64,000 nucleotides of DNA from Marsupella aquatica (lineage: Eukaryota; Plantae; Marchantiophyta), in contig OZ316899.1 of assembly GCA_973895155.1 (NCBI GenBank), forward strand, positions 705,573 through 769,572. The letters run 5' to 3'. The position numbers were made by a program, and so were the translations under genes. This document shows positions 12,859 through 23,869 of this stretch, in pieces. The notes under the pieces were generated by a model. The model was not told the DNA's origin and ran no database searches. It was given only the letters and a program-made list of their open reading frames with translations. Within the stretch, counting starts at the first letter, position 1. Each line of letters opens with the position of its first letter.

Positions 12859-13996
12859 ATGGCTATGGAGGGGAACAATGGAGGGGCAAGAGGGGCAGGA
12901 GGTGGAGCCGGGGGAGCCGGAGCAGCCGGGGGAGCCGGAAGAGCCGGAGGATCTGCAGGAGATGGAGCCGGGCCATCTCAAAACTTTGGGGACATTATGA
13001 CAGCCATTTTTCAAACGCAAATAGGGCTCTCAATAGAAGTTGCACAACAGGTTGCTGCATTGACACAGGGATTGATTGACTCTTCAAAGGGCACAATTAT
13101 TTCAGAAGCTGAGAAAGCATTCGAGGAAAGGCAGCAGAGGGAGAAAGAAAAGAAGAGGAAGCGAAGGGATGAGAAGCGAAGCATCCCCGCGGAGGCCCTC
13201 TCACCAAGACAGAGAGAGAAAGCCCTGCGTAAAGAAGCACAGGCTGCAGAGAGGAAGAGAGCAGAGGAGGAGAAACAGCAAGCAGAGGAGCGAAGCAAGC
13301 GGCCAAAGCTGTTTTTGAATAGTGGAGGAGCTCCTAGGGCCAAGAGCTATAATCTCTTCAGGAGTCAGCTTGGGCAGGTACTTAGATCCCATTTTGGGGT
13401 GTTAGACTACTGGGGGAAGCAAAATGAACAGGAGAAATTCAGAGTTTGTGAGCAGGTGAAGGAGAGGTTTTCCAATGGATCATTCCTTGATGACAGGTTC
13501 TTGAATCAAAAAATCAGCCTCTCACTTGCAAACTCAAAGAACCATGTCAGGGAGAAGCTCAGGAAATACCTTGGTGAATGCAAGGAAAATGAGGAGGTGA
13601 TCAGGCAGAGGGGGTGCCCAGTTGATCTACCACCAGATGTATGGGCAGCTTGGATTGAGACCAAGCTACAAGTTCGAGCTTGGCAGGCAAGACGGTACTG
13701 GCAGGCCAAATTAGAAGAGCTTGCCACCAAGGCCCAAGCAGGGGAGACTGTTGACACCCGCCATGCTTAGAGCAACCTGCAGCATTGGGAAGCAAGATCA
13801 GTTCAGCTTGGAGACCCTCCCTAGCTCACAAATCATGAAAGCATTGCTTCGAGTTGACAATAGGCCAGTAATCACTCACCGGATGGGGCAGGGTGGGTCG
13901 CAGCGTCTCAAGGCAGAGTTTGTAAGTACTCCCCCTCCTCTGTCCAAGCTCCTCACCTCAATTTTGCCTGATCACCTGAGGCTTGTGTATGCCTAA
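12859..13996 (+). pseudogene. CACTA TnpA-like gene (Transposase_24/Ptta-like), probably continuing in low-complexity exons to ~15875
   Basis: Gly-rich N-terminus, charged coiled coil, helical region (CPVDLPPDVWAAW), then after a frameshift HRMGQGG...LKAEF, typical of Ptta/En-Spm TnpA-type proteins. Divergent from TnpD inside the TIRs. Confidence 0.65.
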
Positions 13997-15049
13997 AGAG
14001 CCCCGACCCAAAGCTAGTCCATTCTTATTGTCGAGGTGAGACCTGCAAGTCAAGCCCGCTCTCGACACTGTATTTTTTCTTTCCTGGGCCGTCTTTCCGA
14101 TACCGGTCCGATTTAGTCGGTATCGGACCCATAATCGGAAGTGTTATCACACCTTTTTTTGAAATTGGGGTCCGATTATGATCCGATAGTATCAGTATCG
14201 GATCAACATTCGGACAATGTGTCCAATATTTTAGCACGAGGGGTCCGATACTTGGGTAATCGGATAATTTGAATTTTTATCGGTAATCCTTGGTAGATTT
14301 GTTAGTAGGATCCAAAGGCCATTGTACATGTATTTGGGGGTGTGAGGATGTGGGACTACTTGGGGTGTGATAGGGAGGGACTAATGGGGGACAATTTGAT
14401 GTTGGGGCCATTTTGTGTGGGGTGTAGGAGCGTGAGCATGGGCGGCCAATCTTACCAGACGAGAGGGAGTTGGCTAAGAAGCACGGACCGCGAGCTCTCA
14501 AGATTCACATGGAGGAGGAGTTGGGTTTGGTATGGACAATCCTTTGAATGCAATGTCTTAATTGGTTGATGAAAATTTTGTGGTAAGATGGAGCATACAC
14601 TAATTGGATTGCTAGTTGGATATATGTAGGGATCAGAGGAGGAGGGGTTGGAGGGTGAGGACTCGGAGGAGGGCTCAAGGGCGGACGATTCAGATGCAGA
14701 GTCATTGGGCCCAGAGGAGGCAATTGTGGCTGCACCCACATCTCGCCGGTCTGGAGCAGTTAGGGACCGTGTTAGTGGTCCTCGCCACTCGACTTGACGG
14801 GGTGAGGATCATGGTGTTCCAGCGTCACAAAGTAGGGCCGGCAAAGGTGGTGCTAGTCGGGCCCCTAGCGCACACCAGTCAAGAGCCATAGGGGTTGGTT
14901 CTAGTGGCCGACGCCAATCAGGGGTTGCTGGTAGAGCTGACACTCAGGGCCCGCGACATGTTGTTGCACAACATGCCGTTGGTGGGTCTCGCCGATTAGA
15001 GCCCCGCGGGGAAGGGTGTTCTAGCGGCTCTCAGTAGTTAGGCGTAGTT

Positions 15050-15600
15050 GGGAGTGGCTCTGGAGGCTCTGGCCACTCTGGCCACACTGGGGGTGGCCAG
15101 GTTGGAGGGAGTGCAGCCGACGGTGGAGGGTCTTGGCACTCTGGCCGCACTGGGGGCGGCCAGTCTGGAGGGAGTGCAGGCGGTGGTGGTGCAGTCTCTC
15201 ACCATGGAGGCAGCACTGGGAGTGGTCGACATGCCCTTGGCCAGTCTGGAGGGAGTGCAAGCGGTGGTGGTGGAGTCTCTCACCATGGAGGCAGCACTAG
15301 GGGTGGTTGACATGCCCCTGGCCAGTACGGAGGGAGTGCAGGTAGTGGTGGTGGTGTCTCTCAACATGCGGGCAGCACTGGGGGTGGTCGACATGCCCCT
15401 GGCCAGTCTGGAGGGAGTGCAGGCAGTGGTGGCGGTGTCTCTCAGCATGCAGGCAGCATTGGGGGTGGTGGACATGCCTCTGGCACGTCTGGAGGGAGTG
15501 GAGGCGGTGGTGGTGGGGTCTCTCACCACTCAGGTCCTCCAGCGGCTAGCCATGGTGCCCCTAGCCAGTCAGGAGGGAGTGGTGGTGGTGGTGGTGAGTC
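15050..15600 (+). repeat. GC-rich minisatellite, ~81-bp unit x ~4.5 plus shorter related units
   Basis: GGCAGCA(C/T)T...GACATGCC recurs every ~81 bp. The Gly/Ser/His-rich frame reads HGGSTGSGRHALGQSGGSASGGGGVSH. Confidence 0.85.
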
Positions 15601-16133
15601 ACGACGTTCTACTGCCAATGGGACTAGTGGGGGGGGGTCCTGTAGCTTCCTTTCATACTTGCCGAGGTAGCGAAGAGGGTGTGCCCTCTCATGGCTCAGG
15701 GGCTTCCCATGGTGGTGGTGGTGGGGTTGGTCCACTTCCTCATGTTGCCTCTACACTTGGGACAGACGACCTGGACCAAGCCAATATGGACCAGACCACA
15801 TTCACCGAGGCTTCTCCACCCCCACCTCCACGGACTTGTTCCAAAAAGAGGAAGGGACGACATGCTCCATTTTGAGCTGGTAGCAAGTCAGATAGTTGAC
15901 CAACATGTGTAGAGTAGAGGCCTAGTGTATTAGGGCAAAAAGTGTAGACCATATGGGGCAGGCTGCTATTTCTTATTTGATCCGAGTGGATCACACTTGT
16001 ACATATTGGGGTCTATATGTATATATTCATTTTAGGGGCTTGAGTACCCTTTTTGGCCATGCATGGGTTCTAATTAGATCTAGTTGCATGGTTGTTTCAA
16101 TAAGCTCCAAAATGCCTCCAAAACACCCCTACA

Positions 16134-16177
16134 CCTAACCCTCACCCTCACCCTAACCCTAACCCTAACCCCCTAAA
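16134..16177 (-). repeat. Degenerate (TTAGGG)n-type tract near the right CACTA end
   Basis: Plus strand reads CCTAAC CCTCAC CCTCAC CCTAAC CCTAAC CCTAAC CCCCTAAA. Confidence 0.8.
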
Positions 16178-16667
16178 TATGCTAATAAGCGTGGCATCCC
16201 CCCTTCCCAAAGAACTCTTTCCGATGCCATTCCGATACTTAAATCATCCCACTCCATCCAACTAAAACCACGCCCTTCCGATGCACTTTGTATTGGACTT
16301 TCCCATTCCAGAACATTCGGATCTTCCAAATCTTACCGCATCAGAACTTGCAATACTAATAATATCGGATATTCCAAAGTTTCAACCAACGGACACTAAT
16401 CGGACACGAACTAAACAGAACAGGCAAAAAAGTGGTGGTCTGATACTTCCGGCATCGGATAGTAAAATATCCAATATTTTAGATCACGGATGGTCCGATG
16501 AAGGTAATATCGGTGTTTCTGAGAGTTGTCCGATGGTCTATATCCGATGTGCAGAAAATGGCATGTATCGATATTGTGGTAATCGGAAGTTCCAAAAATC
16601 TGGTCGCAAGTTGTCGAAGGGTTCCAATACTTTCATTGTCGGAAAAGGGCGATAAAATGTACTAGTG

Positions 16668-16783
16668 AGTTGGCCGATGGCCGAGAGAGGGAAAGACAAT
16701 TGGATACCAAAGTGCGATGGATTGAATTGGAAAAGAAAAATTGTTGCCTTCATGGCCACACGTGTGCGCATACTTTGAGTTAG
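16668..16783 (+). pseudogene. 3' end of the coiled-coil gene split by the CACTA
   Basis: Continues the frame of 6580-6691 to TAG at 16781-16783 (LADGRERERQLDTKVRWIELEKKNCCLHGHTCAHTLS). Confidence 0.65.
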
Positions 16784-18968
16784 GGTTCTCTTATGTTTCT
16801 AGCGGATCGGATTGTTTTCTTAAATCTGGACAATGTTTGACTCCGAATCATGATGAGCTCAAATGGCTCATAAGACTATCTCCAAAGTTCTGATAGTCAT
16901 TTTTTGCGGGACCGTTTACACGCCAAAGAGGCCATTTTGTAAAGGATGTTTTCACATCATTTTGTTTATAATGAATCAATAGTTTGTCGGCTCACTTTAT
17001 TTTCTACGCGAGTGTCGTGCAGATGTTTGACATATTTCTCCTTGTCTTCTAGGAGTTCGCTCTGTTTATTTCCGTTTTGACAGGCTTCGGATTGAAACTC
17101 CAACGGTCGCAAAACTTGAGAATATTTTGGCGACTGTGAATTCATGGTCTTTTGAATTGCAACCACTCAAAGGTAACTACCGTTTGATTGTGAGGGGAGT
17201 TAAAAAAGAAAATGGACGAAGAAACTTTGTGAGTTTTGGCACTCTCGCAGACTGTACGAGATTTGCATCCCCAAAGGACAACCCATCTCTTCTGCTGACA
17301 TTGGAGTCTGAGAGTTCTTGGAATTTCAAGCAGATGGTTGCTCCAATTCATGGGTTTTGTTCATCACATTGTCTTGAACCTTACAACCAGGACACAAATG
17401 TTGTCTCATGCGGTTTCTTTGATCCTTTGGCGGATAGATGGCTCTCACCTGATCGGGTCTTTACGGCTGATGAAATAATTCTGGGGCTTGGACGGGTCTC
17501 CTATGTCATGAAGCAGTCGGAATATTTTATCTCTCGGACATGAGAGGTGGATCACATAATGCGGATGAAGATCCCAGACGATGACTGGAGGAGAAAGATG
17601 ACTATTTCTTTGAATGTTGTGTTCATGAAACACTTCACTAAGACAAAGGTGGAGGAATGGATTTGAGGGTATCCAGTAATCCAAGACTTGGTACGCCCAA
17701 AGAAGAAAGAAGCTAGTGGAAAAGAGATTGACGATGATGATGGGGAGGGAAAGGACAAGGATGACTTGTCTGCCTCTAGAGAGAGCAAGTCCCATGAAAT
17801 GATATCAGTCTATGAGTCAGAAAATGAGGATGACGGAGAGGAGGGAAGTGTCCAAGAAGAGAGCAAGAAGACTTTTCAGAATTGGGCGGGGTCAGAGAAT
17901 GAGTCATAATCAACAAGTTTAGAAGGTGGAGTTGAACCAACCAACGATGATGTTGAGAGTGGGGAAATTCAACAAAATGAGGTCATCCCCCCAGCAAAGC
18001 CTCCAACAGAGAAGCGATACGCAAAGACTTCAAAGGGAGTTTTGCCCAGGAAGGGGAAAGCTAGTGTCGTGTCAGAGTCATCCACACCTAGTGGGAAGAA
18101 AAAAGCAGTGGACAAAAAATCACCATCAGGGAAACTAGGCCGGAAGAAGGTTGATTTTGAGAAAACAAAAGAAGAAGCTAAACTACCTCGGAAGAGAGTG
18201 AGAGTCGTTGATCAAGCAGATGAGCCGCCTACGGTGAAAATAGGCCGCAAGAAGGTTCAACGGGAAGAACAAAAAGAAGACAAGAAACCATCTCAAAAGA
18301 GAGTTCTTGTTTCTGACTAGCGCAAAGTTGTGCCTCAAGTGAAAGGTGGAAAAAACGTATCTCCGATTGATAAACAAGAAGAGGCAACGTCTTCTCGAAA
18401 GATAATTCAAGTTGTCAAGGAAGTGCAAGGAATTGAGGACAGAATACGAAAATCAAGCAAAGCAAAGAAAGTCGCTTCACCAGCAAAACCTGAGGAGGAG
18501 AAACCGTCTCAAAAGTCTCGGGTTGGACAGAAATCTGCGTCGGTCAGGAAGAAAGTTGAAAAGGTCAAATCGGAGATCAGGACGCTGAACCGAAAGGGAG
18601 TCGTAAAAGATCCTTCACCAAAGGGAAAGAAAAAAGCAAAACTTGATGTTGACTCAGTAGTTGTGGAATCAAGGGCAAAGCCTCCTAAGCGAAGGGGAAC
18701 GACCATAGAGTTGGCTGAAATTGTTGTGAAAACTCCCATGGTCAGAGCCGTGGAGAAGAAGGCCCCAAACGTTGAGAAGAAGGTTGTCATCACCTCTCAA
18801 GTTGTCGTTCGCAAGCCCAAGAAAGCAAAGAAAAATCAGGAAGCTGTGGATATTGATGAGAACCCTAGTTCCGCGAAGCTAGTTGTCGATCGTGCTCGTC
18901 TGGAGACTGCAGAAAAAACATTGGAGTTGAATAAGTCTTGGTATTGTTTCGGGATATCCAAAAAAAAT

Positions 18969-19400
18969 TCTGTCCCGGTTGAAAACATCCATCCCCCTCC
19001 TGCAAAGATGAATGAGAGACTCCTCAATGAGGAGCATGTCAACCATCTTGCGCAACTGATGACGACAAATGCAGGGCAAGAACCTTTACCTGCAAATTTG
19101 GTTCCTTACAACATGATCGACGGAGTACCAAGTTTAATTGACCTTGCGGGAAAGGATATTGACACCAAGAAGCTTGCGGAATTCAAGTTCTTTGCCATCA
19201 ATGGTCAACATTCCACAATGGCCGCCAAGAAAATTATCCGAAGTTCAAAGACCCAACCATCTCTCATGCAAACAGCCAATTTGCTCAAATATTGTCGAGC
19301 GTGAATTCTCAAAGGGTCAACTCTGGTGAAAGTTCTTGTGGAAATTTCACACGCGAACAACCTTCAGGCGGAGGCACATCGGTTTTCATCTCCATTTATT
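18969..19400 (+). CDS. ParB/Srx-like domain
   Basis: VPVENI...ERLLNEEHVNHLAQLM...FFAINGQHSTMAAK matches the ParB pattern (R-x-L...V..L...M; hhhDGxHR..A). GQH is at 19203-19211; the usual Arg is Ser. Confidence 0.7.
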
Positions 19401-20249
19401 GACCAAGTGAAACATGCAAGAATGCAATACAATGATATGGGGCGACCAGCTCGTCCACTTCCATCGGGTCGGAAATCTCCAGAATTTCAGGTAGGTTCTC
19501 CATGAGAGTTGTGAACAAAATTCAGACACTTTGTCCTTCTCTCCTTTCTATGCGAGGGTCGTGTAGAGCCTTTCCAATATTTTGGGATTCAAAACTTTGA
19601 GCTGGCTAACTTTGAGTTGTTTGGTCTTTCCTCCCAGGAGTATGAAACACTTGCAAAAGTTATGTTAAAGGTGAATAGTATCAGCGAGTACAATTGGATT
19701 TTGTTTGCTCCCGAGAAGCTCTACTCTTTATGGAGAGAGGTTTGCAATAATTGGCTCAAGGGTAATCTTTTGGATTCAACCGGACAAATGACTGGAAAAT
19801 CGAAAGAAGCAAAACAGTTGACAGGGACAACATTCCGGGTTTTTGAGGGTGCCGTAGAATCCGACATCTTGGAAATCCTCCACAAAGTGAATTTGGGGGA
19901 GGCGGTTTTGATGAAAAAGAAACATGCTTTGACTGATCTTCCCGCCATGTCAGAATTGGCAAGAAAAGCAAAGTATACTGACAAACTTAAGGGGGCAACA
20001 CTTCGATTCTATCGGGAGAAGTACGAAGGGGTTTTCTCGCAAGGATCAACTTGGGGTGATGTAGTTCAGCAATATAATTTCACTGATGAGGAATTGGATC
20101 GTTGTTGTGCAATGGTGGACATTGGATATTTCAAGAGCCTTGTGAAGGTGTCATTAAAAGTAGAGATGCTAGAGCCACTGAAAAATAGGTTGAGAAATAT
20201 TCACCAAAAGAGGTTTGGCGGCCATCTCCGTGCAAGGATGGATCCTTAC

Positions 20250-20970
20250 CGAGTTTTCTATACTGGAAATCTGCTCGCGTCTGCTAATCCTCCTTTTGAT
20301 TTGGCTAGCTGCAAGGAGTCAATATTGGCATCTCTAGCGATTGTTGATTTGACCCATACTGGAAAACCGGTTTGGACGCAGTCTGAAATCTTGAACTTCT
20401 TGAAGATCGTCGTGAATATCCCAACAAATGATCTGGTAACAGTTGTTTTTTTGTTTGTCTTGGTATTATTCTTGCAAGAATAATTGAAGCTATTCGAGAT
20501 CTCCCGGAGAACTATAATGCGCACCTTGAATATGGTTCGTTCATGAGGAGTTAATTGGTTAATGCTCCTTTGCAACACATGAGAGGCGATGCGGACATGG
20601 TTCTTTTCCTTGGCGTCTCCCAAGATCGGGTTCCTGATTGGGAAAAGCATTTCAAGGATTTTACCGGTCACTTTGTGTTGGAGGAGTCCGACCTCGAGGA
20701 GACAATCAAGCCAAGTCGAGAGGATTATTCCGATATTTTGAAGGAAGATATGCAGGAGAAAAAAAGGGACACATTGATCTCACGACTTGAAGGCCTTGTT
20801 CCTTTCAAATTGACGACTGGACGGCCATTCAATTGAATATTAAGCCCAGTTGCATCCTGCAGAGTTGTATTCATGCATTTTCTTCGAGGGAGGAAATTGT
20901 CCTGGATTTTTTCACAGGAGGGCAAGTACTGAAGAATGCATTGATGCTTGAGCGTGAGTTTTTTTCATTC
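20250..20970 (+). CDS. Beta-class N6-adenine/N4-cytosine DNA methyltransferase-like domain (frameshifted)
   Basis: KPSCILQSCIHAFSSREEIVLDFFTGGQVLKNALMLEREF (20842-20970) parallels the KP..L...I...S..GD.VLDPF.GSG....A..LGR.F C-terminal block of N6_N4_Mtase. Upstream candidates for motif IV are SLAIVDLTH (20331-20357) and NPPF (20286-20297). Confidence 0.7.
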
Positions 20971-21902
20971 TGCTCTGACCGTGAGGATGTCTCTGACCTC
21001 ACGGCTTATGCAGAGAATCTTAAATTGTTAGTTCCGGTTGCACAATTTGCCAAATCATTGTGGAAACCTCTTGGCCTTGAAGGGAGTTCGACTCAGAACT
21101 CCAATGCTAGTGGAGCAAAAGAGGGCCAGCATTATCAGATTGCCGGTACAGTTTTACATTACGCCGAGGTGGAAGCGGAGGAAAAGTTTCTAAGTTCCAT
21201 TGGGGAGATGAGAATTAGTCCATCAGTCGTTCCAATTGCAAGTCGCGAAGGATTTCCTCTTCTAATGGCTGAAGGAGGTTATGGTTTGGTAGATAATTCT
21301 GAAAACTTACAGGCAGGCACGGGGTTGATTGCGTTCAACAAAACTCTGGAAGATGTTGTGGATGATGTCTCCCTACACACGTATCGTGTAGATCCTCAAA
21401 ATTTGTTTGACCCTCCAGGGTTAGAGTGCAACAGAGGTGTTGAGCAATCTCTTCTGGTTGATGCTTCAGTTCTTCGAAGTGGCCCAGTTTTTGATGATTG
21501 TGAGGCAAAAACTACACTTGAGGATGTCGAGAAGGGGGTGGTGGATTGTGGACCCTTAAAAGAGATTGTTGTGGAGGAGGTTGGGATTGTGGAAAAAGAT
21601 CACACTCCGATTGAATTTCAATGCGATGACAATGTTGACTCTCGTAGCGCTGAAGTAACAGGAGAGAATGATAACTCATTTTCTCTCACAGTGAATCTTC
21701 CTGAGGTGTCAGAGAGGCGAGTCAATCGTGCGGAGGCAACCAATGAGGCAGGTGCCAATTTCCTCTCTCTTGTCTCAAGTCATAAAGTTCTAAACATAAA
21801 CAAATGTCCTCTCCCGTCTCCGGATCCAATGGATAACAAAACAAGGATTGACAATTGCCTCAGTGATCCTATTGGATCAGGATCCGGTTCTAGTACAGGA
21901 CT

Positions 21903-22551
21903 AATGGGTGCCTAATAACTCATGGACAGATGAGGTGCCTGAGTCCTAGAAATTGGATAAGTTCCGATATTCTAAATGCCTACTTAAGTCTCATAGTGGA
22001 GAGGAATCAACATTTCCGACAAGGAGCTTCTGAAGTGCCATGTGTTTGACACTTGGTTCTATACTACACTGACGTTGAATGGCTACTCTTACCAATCCGT
22101 GGAGGCTTGGACTTCACGACTGAAATATTTCTTAATTGATTGTCATCAAATATTTTTCCCCATTCACGAAGGTGGCAATCATTGGGCGTTAGTTGTGATT
22201 GACATGGAACACAAGTATTTAGAATATCTTGATTCTTTGCATAACAATAGGCCAGAGGTTCTTGAAAACTTAGCCAGATATGTTGAGGATGAAATTCAAA
22301 GCAGAAGTCACAAGCAAGTCTTAGCTACTCTATGGCCAAAACATAGTCCCAAGGACATCCCAAGACAAACTGATTACTATAATTGTGGTGTGTTCGTTAT
22401 GAAGTTTGCGAACTACCGTAGTTTGGACCTTCCTTTTGATTTCACAGGAGAGGACATAGATTTGGAGAGGAGAGAAATCGTTTTAAGTCTATTCAGGAAT
22501 AGATTGAGCTTTCCTCTGCAATACAGTGATTTTTGCACGAGACGCGTGTAG
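21903..22551 (+). CDS. Ulp1/SENP-type SUMO protease domain (Peptidase C48)
   Basis: ITHGQMRCLSPRNWISSDILNAYL (frame upstream of the listed ORF), FDTWFY, FFPIH..NHWALVVID, YLDSL, RQTDYYNCGVF. His/Asp/Cys triad and oxyanion Gln are present. Confidence 0.93.
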
Positions 22552-22652
22552 AGGGTGACAGACGGGGTATTTTATTTCAAGGACTGACTTGACTTCAAAT
22601 GGTCTTTGGTCAAGACTGTTCCAATGACTAACCATCCGGATTCGATATTTTT

Positions 22653-23387
22653 ATGTTTGCAGAGTTTGTTCCCAAACTCCACTTAGAGATCAAGCGAAAG
22701 CTCTTGATTTTTGACCTTAATAAGGTTTGTTTCAATTTTGTAAAGAGTAAAAGCTCCAGACCATTTTGGAGGCTCACATCTGTGAGGGGCATTCACTGGG
22801 GAAGACAAGGTGGGAACACATTTATGTATGTGGAGCGTCCAGGACTTCACAAATTTTTACAAGTGATTTTCACGTATTACGATGTCGTGATTTGGACTTG
22901 CGCGGGAAGGCCGAGAACAAATGAAATGATGGATCTTGTTTTCAACGATGCTGAACAAAAGTAGTTCAAGTTTGTATTCACCCAAGAAGAAACGTTTGAC
23001 ACTGGCTTTTTGAGGTCAAATATTACGGATGGGAAGGCAAACATACTTCTCAAGGAAATCCAAATTGTTTGGGATCATTTTGGCAATAGATATGGTCCGA
23101 CAAATATTGTTCTCATCGATGACTCTCCTCTGAAGTGTTTTGCGAATCCAAATGTTAACATGTTGTTTCTAGTTCCATTTGTTCACAACATGGGAGGCGA
23201 CACTTTTCTGATGGAGATATTGCTTCCACTTCTTCAAAGAATGCACAATGCTTTTGATGTAAGACACTTTTTGAATGTTAACTACCCAAAATGGTCCGCC
23301 TACAACAAGGGTGAAGCCCAAAGGAGGCATGGTGATATCTTTGCACACTCAAGCCTGGGGGCACCGCGTTGTTGGCATCGTCGATAA
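22653..23387 (+). pseudogene. FCP1/NIF-like HAD-fold phosphatase gene with one in-frame stop (22962-22964)
   Basis: KLLIFDLNKV, ERPGLHKFL, YDVVIWT, LLKEI..VW, NIVLIDDSPLKCFANP; ORFs 22653-22964 and 23010-23387 share a frame. Motif I is DLN rather than DxD. Confidence 0.85.
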
Positions 23388-23869
23388 TTTCACTGTCCTT
23401 GATCACACGGCAGACGAGATTTCCTGGGAAGTGAAGCATACCGTGCAAAGTTTGCCACCGGTGCAGGATATGAGTGACCATGACATCAATTCAATTGCTA
23501 AAGGTCTACTGGAGATGGTTATTCCAGCCCATATTTGCAAAATAAGCGGCAATTTGTTTGGGAAGTCCTAAAAACTAGGGACCTTACTTCTAAGTTTAAA
23601 AACTTGTATCCTAAAGACGCTTGCAACCGAGATAGAAAGGTTGATAAGTCAGGAAGTAGACTTACTTGCTCAAATATGTTTTGTAGCAACACACATTCAA
23701 TGATCGTTATTTAAAAATTTGGAGACTTGTAACATTGAGGGGAGGCCTATTACAAGTAAACAATTGTTACGGACTTCTGTATGGTTCCCGTTAGTGGGTG
23801 ACAATGAAAATGTGACATTACTCATGTGACTATTCTCCACCAAATTTGTACGCCAAAAATGTATTTTAC

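Larger units (their letters stand above)
6692..16667. mobile_element. CACTA/En-Spm DNA transposon (9,976 bp) with divergent TnpD-like and TnpA-like genes and a SET-domain exon
   Basis: Perfect 14-bp TIR: CACTAGTACATTTT at 6692 and AAAATGTACTAGTG ending at 16667. 3-bp TSD AGC (6689-6691) versus AGT (16668-16670). Dense TCCGAT/ATCGGA subterminal repeats. The flanking ORF is restored by excision. Confidence 0.95.
17053..22551 (+). pseudogene. Long multidomain gene (~1,780 codons): unknown N-terminal domain, K/E-rich linker, ParB-like domain, helical region, amino-methyltransferase-like domain, acidic linker, Ulp1/C48 protease
   Basis: One frame runs from 17052 to ~20450 with only point stops (17541, 17664, 17907, 18318, 19302) and a phase-0 GT-AG intron at 19491-19637. 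Frameshifts follow near 20450, 20830, 21905 and 22020. Confidence 0.75.

Noticed and set aside
18330-20970. Bacterial or phage contamination as the source of the ParB-MTase
   Set aside because: A GT-AG intron restores the frame, the gene is fused to a eukaryotic Ulp1 domain, and it is contiguous with plant TEs.
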